64,000 bases of DNA from Rugamonas sp. (GTDB lineage Bacteria > Pseudomonadota > Gammaproteobacteria > Burkholderiales > Burkholderiaceae_D). Each line of letters opens with the position of its first letter. Position 1 is the stretch's first letter. Both the position numbers and the translations under genes were made by a program. The stretch spans positions 3,978 to 67,977 of the forward strand of contig NZ_JANXMI010000237.1 in NCBI RefSeq assembly GCF_025354735.1, read 5' to 3'. The notes under the pieces were generated by a model. The model ran no database searches, had not been told where the DNA came from, and saw nothing but the letters and a program-made list of their open reading frames with translations. Positions 19,472 through 27,819 of this stretch are shown here, in pieces.

Positions 19472-20338
19472 ATGAAGATGAGTGCACCACACACCACGGC
19501 GCCGTATTATTTCGTGCCCGGCCCGTCGCGCTGGCCGCTGCTGGCCGGCCTGTCCCTGCTGCTGACGATGGTCGGCGCCTCGGCGTGGGTCAACGACGCC
19601 CAGTGGGGACCGTATTTGAACATCGCCGGCATCGTCGGCATCATCACGGTGCTGTACTTCTGGTTCGGCGACGCCATCGGCGAATCCGAAAAGGGCTTGT
19701 ACAGCCAGCGCGTCGACCACTCCTTCCGCTGGTCGATGAGCTGGTTCATCTTCTCCGAAGTGATGTTCTTCGGCGCCTTCTTCGGCGCGCTGTTCTACGC
19801 GCGCACGATCACGATGCCGTGGCTGGGCGACCTCGATCACAAGGTGCTGTGGCCCGACTTCGCGGCCCACTGGGGCAATGTCGGCCCGGCCGGCACGGTC
19901 GAGGAATTCAAGACCATGACGCCGTTCCCCATCCCGACCATCAACACGGCGCTGCTGCTGACCTCCGGCGTCACGCTGACCATCGCCCACCACGCGCTGC
20001 GCGCCGGCCACCGCGCCCAAACGGCGATCTGGCTGTTCGCCACCATCCTGCTGGGCGCGACCTTCATGGGCTTCCAGGCGTCTGAATACATCGAGGCCTA
20101 CAGCCATCTGAACCTGAAGCTGACGTCCGGCATCTACGGTTCGACCTTCTTCATGCTGACCGGCTTCCACGGCTTCCACGTGACGATGGGCGCGATCATG
20201 CTGTCGGTGGTGCTGTACCGGGTATTGAAGGGACACTTCACGCCCGAGCACCACTTTGCCTTCGAGGGCGCGGCCTGGTACTGGCACTTTGTCGACGTGG
20301 TCTGGCTCGGCCTGTACGTCGTCGTGTACTGGCTATAA
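19472..20338 (+). CDS. coxC: Cytochrome c oxidase subunit III
   Basis: 288 aa. YYFVPGPSRWPL, FFMLTGFHGFHVTMG, WYWHFVDVVWL. Confidence 0.9.
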   Translation: MKMSAPHTTAPYYFVPGPSRWPLLAGLSLLLTMVGASAWVNDAQWGPYLNIAGIVGIITVLYFWFGDAIGESEKGLYSQRVDHSFRWSMSWFIFSEVMFFGAFFGALFYARTITMPWLGDLDHKVLWPDFAAHWGNVGPAGTVEEFKTMTPFPIPTINTALLLTSGVTLTIAHHALRAGHRAQTAIWLFATILLGATFMGFQASEYIEAYSHLNLKLTSGIYGSTFFMLTGFHGFHVTMGAIMLSVVLYRVLKGHFTPEHHFAFEGAAWYWHFVDVVWLGLYVVVYWL

Positions 20339-20391
20339 AGCGTGGCGCCAGGGGATATAATGTGCGCGGCATAGAGCCGCGCAGGCGCAGT

Positions 20392-20431
20392 AAAAAAGCC
20401 GCAGGCGGGACATCCCGGTGCGGCTTTTTTT
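20392..20431. terminator. Bidirectional rho-independent terminator between coxC and the DUF2909 gene
   Basis: aaaaaagccgca-ggcgggacatcccgg-tgcggcttttttt. 8-bp outer stem (20396-20403 / 20419-20426) plus an inner cggg/cccg stem, with an A-run 5' and a T-run 3'. Confidence 0.7.
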
Positions 20432-20443
20432 GTACGGATCAGG

Positions 20444-20650
20444 TCAGCGCATGGGGATGCCGGTCGGTTTGATGTAGCCGAGTTTATAGGCCAGTAAAAT
20501 CAGCAGGAACAGCGCGATCGAAAAGCCCACCCGCATCGCCAGCGCCTGCACGGTGCGGTTGCTCTTGCCCTTGTCGCGCATCAGGAAGAACAGCGCCGAT
20601 GCCAGGCTGCCGAGGATCAGGATAAACGCGACGGCGACGACGATTTTCAT
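20444..20650 (-). CDS. Twin transmembrane helix small protein (DUF2909)
   Basis: 68 aa with two hydrophobic helices (IVVAVAFILILGSLASALFFL and VGFSIALFLLILLAYKL). Usual position in cox clusters. Confidence 0.65.
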   Translation of the reverse strand: MKIVVAVAFILILGSLASALFFLMRDKGKSNRTVQALAMRVGFSIALFLLILLAYKLGYIKPTGIPMR

Positions 20651-20688
20651 ATTCGACCATGTGGCAAATTGATTAAGGCTCCATTGTA

Positions 20689-21441
20689 ATGCGTATCGCC
20701 TTCCGTTTTAAGTCGATTCCCTTCCTCGCCACCGTGCTGGTGGTGGCGCTCGGCATCGCGCTCGGCAACTGGCAGGAGCGCCGCGCCGCGCAAAAGATCG
20801 CGCTCGAACACAAACTCGCCGCCGGCAACGCGGCCGCGCCGCTCCAGCTGACCGCATCGCCCCTGGCCGCCGATGCCGCCGCCGCCATCGAATGGCGGCG
20901 CGTGGCCGTCACCGGCAGCTTCGTGCCCGGCTGGCCGGTGTATCTCGATAACCGCCCATATAAGGGCCAGGCCGGTTTTTATGTGCTGATGCCGTTTAAA
21001 ATTGCGGGATCGGCGCTGCACGTGCTGGTCGAACGCGGCTGGCTGCCGCGCGATCCGGCCGCGCGCGACCGCCTGCCCGCCTACGGCACGCCGCAAGGCA
21101 CGGTCACCGTCGAAGGCATCGCGCGGCTGAACGCCGGCCATGTGATGCAACTGGGGAGCGCGCCGCCGCTGCGGCCCCACGCCATCGTGCAAAACGCCGA
21201 GGTGGCGCAGGTGGCGGCCGCCAGCGGCTTGCCGATGCAGCCGCTGGTGCTGGAGCAGACCGGGCCCGCCGCCCCGGCCGACGGCGACACCGGCCTGGTG
21301 CGCGACTGGCCGGCGCCGGCGCTGGGCGTGGATAAACATCGCGGCTATGCGTTCCAGTGGTATTCGCTGGCGCTGATGGCTGTTTTATTTTTTGTCTTTA
21401 ATGGATACCGACGTGGAAGCCAACATGCAAGCGAAGCCTGA
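20689..21441 (+). CDS. SURF1-family cytochrome oxidase biogenesis protein
   Basis: 250 aa. N-terminal TM plus LGNWQERRAAQK, GFYVLMPF, HRGYAFQWYSLA. Confidence 0.85.
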   Translation: MRIAFRFKSIPFLATVLVVALGIALGNWQERRAAQKIALEHKLAAGNAAAPLQLTASPLAADAAAAIEWRRVAVTGSFVPGWPVYLDNRPYKGQAGFYVLMPFKIAGSALHVLVERGWLPRDPAARDRLPAYGTPQGTVTVEGIARLNAGHVMQLGSAPPLRPHAIVQNAEVAQVAAASGLPMQPLVLEQTGPAAPADGDTGLVRDWPAPALGVDKHRGYAFQWYSLALMAVLFFVFNGYRRGSQHASEA

Positions 21442-22048
21442 CGCAAAAAAGACGCTCACACGCAGCCGTTTGAAACTGGTCGCGATACTGGCGGTGTGCG
21501 CCTCGCCGCTGATTTTTTCATACGTGACCTACTACTGGATCAAGCCGACCGGCCGCACCAATTTCGGCGAGTTGCTCAATCCGAGTTCCTTCCCCATCCC
21601 CGCCATGGCCAGCCGCACGCTCGACGGCCAGCCGCAGGGACTGGACGCCTACCACGGCAAGTGGATCATGTTGAAGGTGGGCCTGTCCGACTGCCCGCAG
21701 GCGTGCCAGGACCAGTTGTTCGCGATGCGCCAGCTGCGCACCATGCAGGGCAAGGAGATGGAGCGCATCGAGCGCGTGTGGCTCATCACCGACGAGCAGC
21801 CGCTCGACACCATGATGGTGCGCGTGAACGACGGCACCCGCATGCTGCGCGCGCCGGCCGACGTCGTCGCCAAATGGCTGCCGGTGGACGGCGGCGCGGA
21901 TAAGGCCTCCGACCACGTCTACCTGATCGACCCGCTGGGCCATCTGATGATGCGTTACCCCAAAGGCGCCGTCTCCTCCGACGTGGAGGCGGTCAAGAAG
22001 GTCAACAAAGACCTGGGCAAGCTGCTCAAGGCTTCTGCGATAGGCTGA
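21425..22048 (+). CDS. Divergent Sco-like thioredoxin-fold membrane protein (CxxxC plus DH retained)
   Basis: N-terminal TM helix. GKWIMLKVGLSDCPQACQDQL aligns with the Sco motif FFGYTQCPDVCPTT. SDHVYLIDPLGHLMMRY aligns with Sco MDHTAGSYVFD. Start uncertain (21401 or 21425); both overlap the SURF1 3' end. Confidence 0.55.
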   Translation: MQAKPDAKKTLTRSRLKLVAILAVCASPLIFSYVTYYWIKPTGRTNFGELLNPSSFPIPAMASRTLDGQPQGLDAYHGKWIMLKVGLSDCPQACQDQLFAMRQLRTMQGKEMERIERVWLITDEQPLDTMMVRVNDGTRMLRAPADVVAKWLPVDGGADKASDHVYLIDPLGHLMMRYPKGAVSSDVEAVKKVNKDLGKLLKASAIG

Positions 22049-22053
22049 TCGAT

Positions 22054-23241
22054 ATGGACGCCGTCACTCTCGTCAAAATGGCGCTGACCGCGCTGATGGT
22101 CGCCACGCTGCCGGCGGCGATGGTGTGGATGTCGTCCGACGCCAACAAGTATCGCAAGTTGGCCTGGACTTGCGTGTTCCTGATTTTCGACCTGATCGTG
22201 TTCGGCGGCTACACGCGCCTGACCGATTCCGGCCTCGGTTGCCCGGACTGGCCGGGCTGCTACGGCAGCGCCAATCCCTTGCTCGCGCACGCCGCCATCG
22301 AGCACGCGCAGGCGCTGATGCCGAGCGGCCCCGTGACGCTGTCGAAGGCGTGGATAGAAATGATACACCGCTACCTGGCGATGGCCATCGGCGTGTTGAT
22401 TATCGCGCTGGTGGCGCAGTCGTGGCGCATGTGGCGCAGGGATCGCAAGGAAAGCAAGGAGCGCAAGGAGCGCCGTCTCGACTACGCGCCCGCGCTGCCG
22501 ACGGCGGTGCTGGGCTTTTATTGTTTGCAGGGCGTGTTCGGCGCGCTGACGGTGACGCAGAAACTGCAACCGGCCATCGTCACCTGCCACCTGCTGCTGG
22601 CCATGGGATTGCTGGCGCTGACCACGTGGTTCGCCAGCCGCCAGGACACGCTGCACGCGCCGGCCCGCGTTTCGAGCGGCTCGCCGCCGGCGATGCGCAA
22701 CATCCGCATTTTGGCCCTGGTTTCCGGCGCGCTGCTGCTGGCGCAGCTGGCGCTGGGCGGCTGGGTCAGCACCAACTACGCGGCGCTGGCGTGCAACGAC
22801 TTCCCGCTGTGCGGCGGCAAGCTGATACCGGCGATGGACTTCGAGCAGGGCTTCACGCTGTGGCGCGCGCTGGGCCGCAACGCCGACGGCTCGTATCTGC
22901 CCTTCCCGGCGCTGACGGCGATCCACTGGGTGCACCGCAATTTCGCCTTCATCGTCGCTCTGGTGACAGGCTACACGGCGTGGCGCGGCTGGGAGCATGC
23001 GGCCTTGCATAAAACATCACGCGCCATCGCCATCGTGCTGGCGATCCAGTTCGGCACCGGCATCGCGACCATCTACCTGAACCACCCGCTGGCGCTGGCC
23101 GTGCTGCATAACGCCGGGGCGGCGGCGCTGGTACTTTTGCTGACCATGTTAAACTACCGGGCCAAGTACCAATTCGAGATCGCGCAGAAGGCAGCCGCCA
23201 GCGCCGTATTTCCGCACGCCGCGCCTGCCAGACACCACTGA
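22054..23241 (+). CDS. ctaA: Heme A synthase (COX15/CtaA)
   Basis: 395 aa polytopic. [27 protein letters not shown], and paired His-containing helices. Confidence 0.85.
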   Translation: MDAVTLVKMALTALMVATLPAAMVWMSSDANKYRKLAWTCVFLIFDLIVFGGYTRLTDSGLGCPDWPGCYGSANPLLAHAAIEHAQALMPSGPVTLSKAWIEMIHRYLAMAIGVLIIALVAQSWRMWRRDRKESKERKERRLDYAPALPTAVLGFYCLQGVFGALTVTQKLQPAIVTCHLLLAMGLLALTTWFASRQDTLHAPARVSSGSPPAMRNIRILALVSGALLLAQLALGGWVSTNYAALACNDFPLCGGKLIPAMDFEQGFTLWRALGRNADGSYLPFPALTAIHWVHRNFAFIVALVTGYTAWRGWEHAALHKTSRAIAIVLAIQFGTGIATIYLNHPLALAVLHNAGAAALVLLLTMLNYRAKYQFEIAQKAAASAVFPHAAPARHH

Positions 23242-24146
23242 TGACTACCTCCGCCTCCACTATCGCCGCCCCCAAATCCAGCCACCGCATCGCCCAATAC
23301 TGGGCTTTGACCAAACCGCGCGTCACCCAGCTGGCCGTGTTCTGCGCCATCATCGGCATGTTCCTCGCGAAGGACGACGGCCTGCCGGGCTGGCGCCTGG
23401 TGCTGTCGGCCACCGTCGGCATCTGGCTGCTGACCGGCGCGGCGTTCGCCGTCAACTGCCTGGCCGAGCGCGAGATCGACGCCCGCATGGCGCGCACCGC
23501 GCGGCGGCCGATGGCGATGGGCGACATCACCGTCACGCAGACCGCGGTATTCGCCGCCGTCATCGGCGGCGCCGGCATGTGGGTGCTGTACACGCAGGTC
23601 AATCCGCTGACGATGTGGCTGACCTTCGTCACCTTCGTCGGCTACGCCATCATCTACACCATGATATTGAAACCGTCGACGCCGCAGAACATCGTCATCG
23701 GCGGCCTGTCGGGCGCGATGCCGCCGGCGCTGGGCTGGTGCGCCGTCACCGGCGACGTGCCGATGCAAGCGTGGCTGCTGGTGCTCATCATCTTCATCTG
23801 GACCCCGCCGCACTTCTGGGCGCTGGCCATGTACCGGCGCGACGACTACGCCAAATCGGGCCTGCCGATGCTGCCGGTCACGCACGGCATGAAGGTCACG
23901 CAGCTGCACATCTGGCTGTATTCGATCGCGCTGGCCGCGACCACCATGCTGCCGTTCGCGGTGCACATGAGCGGCCTGATTTACCTGGTCTCCGCCGTGC
24001 TGCTCAACGCCGTGTTCCTGCGCCATTCCTGGAAAATCTACAAGCACTACACGGACCTGATCGCCCGCAAGGCGTTCACCTACTCGATCATCTACCTGTC
24101 GCTGCTGTTCGTGGCGCTGCTGGTCGACCATTACATTAAACTTTAA
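23241..24146 (+). CDS. ctaB: Protoheme IX farnesyltransferase (heme O synthase)
   Basis: 301 aa. [37 protein letters not shown]. Its start overlaps the ctaA stop. Confidence 0.9.
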   Translation: MTTSASTIAAPKSSHRIAQYWALTKPRVTQLAVFCAIIGMFLAKDDGLPGWRLVLSATVGIWLLTGAAFAVNCLAEREIDARMARTARRPMAMGDITVTQTAVFAAVIGGAGMWVLYTQVNPLTMWLTFVTFVGYAIIYTMILKPSTPQNIVIGGLSGAMPPALGWCAVTGDVPMQAWLLVLIIFIWTPPHFWALAMYRRDDYAKSGLPMLPVTHGMKVTQLHIWLYSIALAATTMLPFAVHMSGLIYLVSAVLLNAVFLRHSWKIYKHYTDLIARKAFTYSIIYLSLLFVALLVDHYIKL

Positions 24147-24157
24147 GCTTCACACCC

Positions 24158-24745
24158 ATGAAAAAAATCCTCGCCCTGGCGGCCATGCTGATGCTGCTGG
24201 CCGCCTGCGGCCAGCCGGCCGCGCCCAAGCTCGATTTCAAGAATTCGGATTTGACGGGCCTCGATTTCGGCAAGGACTTCGCGCTGACCGACCACACCGG
24301 CAAACCGCGCACGCTGGCCGACTTCAAAGGCAAGGCGGTGCTGATGTTCTTCGGTTATACGCAGTGCCCCGACGTCTGCCCGACCACGATGGCGGAGCTG
24401 TCGGCCGTGATGAAGCAGCTCGGCCCCCTGGCCGACAAGGTGCAGGTGCTGTTCGTGACCATCGACCCGGAGCGCGACACCCAGCAGCTGCTGGCGCAAT
24501 ACGTGCCGGCCTTCGACCCGCGCTTCCTCGGCATGTACGGCACGGCCGCGCAGACGGCCAAGGTGGCCAAGGACTTCAAGGTGTTCTACGCCAAAGTGCC
24601 CGGCAGCACGCCGACCAACTACACGATGGACCACACGGCCGGCAGCTATGTGTTCGACCAGCGCGGCCAGCTGCGCCTGTTCGTGCGCCACGGCCTGGGA
24701 CCGGCGCCCATCGTGCATGACTTGAAGTTGCTGTTGCGGCCTTGA
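24158..24745 (+). CDS. SCO/SenC copper chaperone lipoprotein
   Basis: 195 aa. Lipobox LLAAC, FFGYTQCPDVCPTTM, YTMDHTAGSYVFD. Confidence 0.85.
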   Translation: MKKILALAAMLMLLAACGQPAAPKLDFKNSDLTGLDFGKDFALTDHTGKPRTLADFKGKAVLMFFGYTQCPDVCPTTMAELSAVMKQLGPLADKVQVLFVTIDPERDTQQLLAQYVPAFDPRFLGMYGTAAQTAKVAKDFKVFYAKVPGSTPTNYTMDHTAGSYVFDQRGQLRLFVRHGLGPAPIVHDLKLLLRP

Positions 24746-24755
24746 TCTAAGCAGC

Positions 24756-26105
24756 TCAATCGAGTTCGTCCGGCTCCGCTTCGGCCGGCGGCTTGGGGAT
24801 CACTTTCACCAGCAGGATGCGCGGGCCGTTCATTTTCTTCGCCACCAGGTCGAAGCAGTTGAAGCTTACGCGCTGGCCCTGTTTCGGTACGTCGCCCAGC
24901 TTCAGCATCATCAGGCCGCCGACCGATTCGATGCCCTGCAAGCCCAGTTCCTCGTTCTCGATGTCGATGCCCAGCGTGCGCTCGAGCGAGAAGATGGGCA
25001 GGCTGGCCTTGCCGATCAGGGTGCCGTCGGCCTGCTTGAGCCAATCGTTTTCGTTGAGGCGGAATTCATCGTGGATTTCGCCGACCATGGCGCCGAGCAG
25101 ATTGTCGAGCGTGATGAAGCCCAATGGCCGCTTGCCCTTCTCGCCGATCAGCGCGAAGTGGGGCGCGCCGTCGCGCAGGCGGCGGAACAGCTCCAGTGCC
25201 GGCGTGCGCGCCGAAATCGTCTCCACCGGTCGCAGATACGGCGTCAAGGACGTCAGCGCCTTGCCCGATTGCTGGGCGAAGAACAAATCCTTCAGGTGCA
25301 CCATGCCCAGCACCGTCACGCCGTCCTGGTCGAAATACGGATAGCGGCTGAAGCGGTTGCGCGTCACCGTCTCCAGGTTGACGGCCAGCGAGCGGCTGGC
25401 GTGCAGCGCGATCACCTCGTTGATCGGCCGCATCAGGTCCGACACCGACAGCGCGCTGAAGTCCAGCGAGTGGGCCAGGATGTTGCGCTCGTCCTTGTTG
25501 AATTTTTCGCCGGGCTGGCTGGTGCGCAGGATCAGCTTCAATTCATCGACCGAGTAGTGCGAGTCGTGGCCGGACTTGCCGCCCTTGCCGGCCAGGCCGG
25601 TCACGCGCAGCACCATGTTGGCGCTGGCGTTGAGCAGCCAGATGGCCGGATACATGGACCAGTAAAAACCGTACAGCGGCAGCGCGCTCCACAAGCCTAT
25701 CGACTCGGGCCGGCGGATCGCCAGCGATTTCGGCGCCAGTTCGCCGACGACGATGTGCAAAAACGAGATCACGCTGAACGCGATCACGAAGGCGATGCCG
25801 TGGATGATCTGCTCCGAATGGACGCCGACGGCGCGGAACACCGGTTCGAGCAGGCCGGCGAAGGCCGGCTCGCCGATCCAGCCCAGGCCCAGCGACGCCA
25901 GCGTGATGCCGAGCTGGCAGGCCGACAGGTAGGCATCGAGCTTGCCGTGCACCTTGGCCAGCGTGCGTCCGCGCAGCCCCTGCGTTTTGGCGATGGCGCG
26001 GATACGGGTGCGGCGCAGCGTGACGATGCCGAATTCGGCGGCCACGAAGAAGCCGTTCAACGCGACCAGGAACAGCGCGAGCAGGACAAGCAGGACATTA
26101 TGCAT
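24756..26105 (-). CDS. CNNM/TlyC-family membrane protein (DUF21-CBS pair-CorC/HlyC C-terminal domain)
   Basis: Inner ATG (cat at 26103-26105). MHNVLLVLLALFLVALNGFFVAAEFGIVTLRRTR, ACQLGITLASLGLGW, and C-terminal FDLVAKKMNGPRILLVKV. The upstream 122 aa of ORF 24756..26471 has no coding character. Confidence 0.85.
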   Translation of the reverse strand: MHNVLLVLLALFLVALNGFFVAAEFGIVTLRRTRIRAIAKTQGLRGRTLAKVHGKLDAYLSACQLGITLASLGLGWIGEPAFAGLLEPVFRAVGVHSEQIIHGIAFVIAFSVISFLHIVVGELAPKSLAIRRPESIGLWSALPLYGFYWSMYPAIWLLNASANMVLRVTGLAGKGGKSGHDSHYSVDELKLILRTSQPGEKFNKDERNILAHSLDFSALSVSDLMRPINEVIALHASRSLAVNLETVTRNRFSRYPYFDQDGVTVLGMVHLKDLFFAQQSGKALTSLTPYLRPVETISARTPALELFRRLRDGAPHFALIGEKGKRPLGFITLDNLLGAMVGEIHDEFRLNENDWLKQADGTLIGKASLPIFSLERTLGIDIENEELGLQGIESVGGLMMLKLGDVPKQGQRVSFNCFDLVAKKMNGPRILLVKVIPKPPAEAEPDELD

Positions 26106-26244
26106 GGGTGGGGCGGCGCGGGAGATGATTGATAACACAAGCATCTTAAACGACAGCGGCGCCGGCCCGCGCGAATTTCGCCACAGCGGCGTCGAGAACT
26201 CCTGCCGCGCGCCGCGTGATGCCGGCGCAGGTATAATTTTGACC

Positions 26245-27072
26245 ATGGAAAAACTCAAAGACTTTTCGCAGATCGTCGCCCAGGCCGAACGTGGCGAACT
26301 TGTCTTCCCCACCAGCGTCAACGCCGCGCTGCGGCTGCAACTGGCGCTGGCCGATCCCGATTGCCACATCGAAGACGTCATCAGAAAAGTGCTGGGCGAG
26401 CCGGTGCTGGCCGCGCGCACGGTGGCGCTGTCGAACTCCGCGACCTTCAACCGCAGCGGCGACACCATCACCAGCGTGCGCGCGGCCGTGATGCGGGTCG
26501 GCTACCGCAATCTGTACACGATGGCGGCGGCGATGGTGGTGCGCCAGTTCGGCAGCCGTATACGCGACGCCGGCCTGCGCGCCCAGGCCGCGCAGCTGTG
26601 GCAGCACACCGCCCATGTGGCGGCGCTGGCCCACGTCATCGCGCGCAAGTTGACGGCGGTCGACCCGGACACCGCGCTGTTCGCCGGCGTGGTGCATGAG
26701 GCGGGCGGTTTTTATCTGCTGTCGCGCGCCGACGAGATGCCGGGATTGCTGGACGATCCGGCCGAGTGGATGGGCGCGGCGCAGGAAATCATCACGCGCG
26801 AAATGATGCGCAAGCTGTCGATCCCGGAATCGGTCGGCATGGCCATCGTGTCGCTGCGCGACGCCACGCTGACGCCGCCGCCATTGGGCCTGCGCGACAC
26901 GCTGCTGATCGCCAAACAACTGGCGCCGGTGGCGTCGCCGCTGGCGGTGGCGCAGCCGCCGGCGCGCAGCGCGGCGCTGCTGCGCTTCGTCACCGACAAC
27001 GCGGAACTCGATCGCATCCTGCTCGAATCGGCCGCCGAAGCCGAGTCGATGAGCGCGGCCCTGCTGGTTTAG
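26245..27072 (+). CDS. HDOD domain signalling protein
   Basis: 275 aa from ATG 26245. VFPTSVNAALRLQLALADPDCHIEDVIRKVLGEPVLAARTVALSNSATF...VGYRNLY is a typical HDOD N-terminal pattern. Confidence 0.7.
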   Translation: MEKLKDFSQIVAQAERGELVFPTSVNAALRLQLALADPDCHIEDVIRKVLGEPVLAARTVALSNSATFNRSGDTITSVRAAVMRVGYRNLYTMAAAMVVRQFGSRIRDAGLRAQAAQLWQHTAHVAALAHVIARKLTAVDPDTALFAGVVHEAGGFYLLSRADEMPGLLDDPAEWMGAAQEIITREMMRKLSIPESVGMAIVSLRDATLTPPPLGLRDTLLIAKQLAPVASPLAVAQPPARSAALLRFVTDNAELDRILLESAAEAESMSAALLV

Positions 27073-27097
27073 TGAAGCGCGGCGCGCGCGGCGCGAC

Positions 27098-27652
27098 TTA
27101 AAACGCGCCCGGCAAAAAACGCGTCATCTGTGGATTGACGGGCGTGCCGGCCAGGCTGTTGGCGAAGTTGCAGAGCGTCGCCAGGCTCACGCCGAGCACC
27201 ACTTCCAGCGCTTGCTGTTCCTGATAACCGTGCGCTAAAAATGCGGCGTAAGCGTCGTCGCCGACGGCGCCGCGGCTGGCGATGACCGCCTGCGTGAAGG
27301 CGGCGACGGCATCGAGTCTGGCGTCGCCGGTGGCGCCGCCGGCTTGCAGCGCGCGCACCGCCTCGGCCGGCTGTCCGGCTTTTTTCATCGCCACCGCCGC
27401 GTGGCCGGCCAGGCAGAAATCGCAGCCGTGGATGCGCGCCGCCGTCAGCTGCACCACTTCGCGTTCGGCCAGCGTCAGGCTGGTGCGGCTGTTGATTTCA
27501 CCGACGGTGACATAGCTTTCCAGCGCGGCCGGCGCGTTGGCCAGCACGCCGATCAAATTCGGCAGGAAGCCGTTGTTGGCGATGGACTTCTGCATCAGCG
27601 CCAGGCTGGCTGCGGGCGCGTTGTCGACGGTACGGATGGTGAGGCGGGACAT
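27098..27652 (-). CDS. Carboxymuconolactone decarboxylase / AhpD-like peroxidase family protein
   Basis: 184 aa from the inner ATG. TLAEREVVQLTAARIHGCDFCLAGH carries the AhpD-type CxxC...H motif. Confidence 0.75.
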   Translation of the reverse strand: MSRLTIRTVDNAPAASLALMQKSIANNGFLPNLIGVLANAPAALESYVTVGEINSRTSLTLAEREVVQLTAARIHGCDFCLAGHAAVAMKKAGQPAEAVRALQAGGATGDARLDAVAAFTQAVIASRGAVGDDAYAAFLAHGYQEQQALEVVLGVSLATLCNFANSLAGTPVNPQMTRFLPGAF

Positions 27653-27819
27653 GGTGCTTCCTGTGGGTTGTTCTGATGGCTGATTATCGGCCGTCCATGC
27701 CCGCCCGGTCCCTACCGGGATGCTCATCGTCTTGCCCGATCGTCTCGACATTTCATTGAATCCGTTCGGCGTTGCCTTCCGTATAATTGAATATAAAATC
27801 CAACGACACGGAAAGCCCG

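Noticed and set aside
24756-26471. Full 571-aa version of the CNNM/TlyC ORF
   Set aside because: The first 122 aa (Ser/Ala-rich, no TM) overlap the HDOD promoter and 5' coding region. The family-typical N-terminus MHNVLLVLLALF begins at the inner ATG, 26105.
27781-27800. Fur-box-like AT-rich sequence (gtataattgaatataaaatc) upstream of the TonB-dependent receptor
   Set aside because: My hand alignment to the 19-bp Fur consensus gives only about 10 of 19 matches. It more likely reflects a -10-like TATAAT in an AT-rich promoter.
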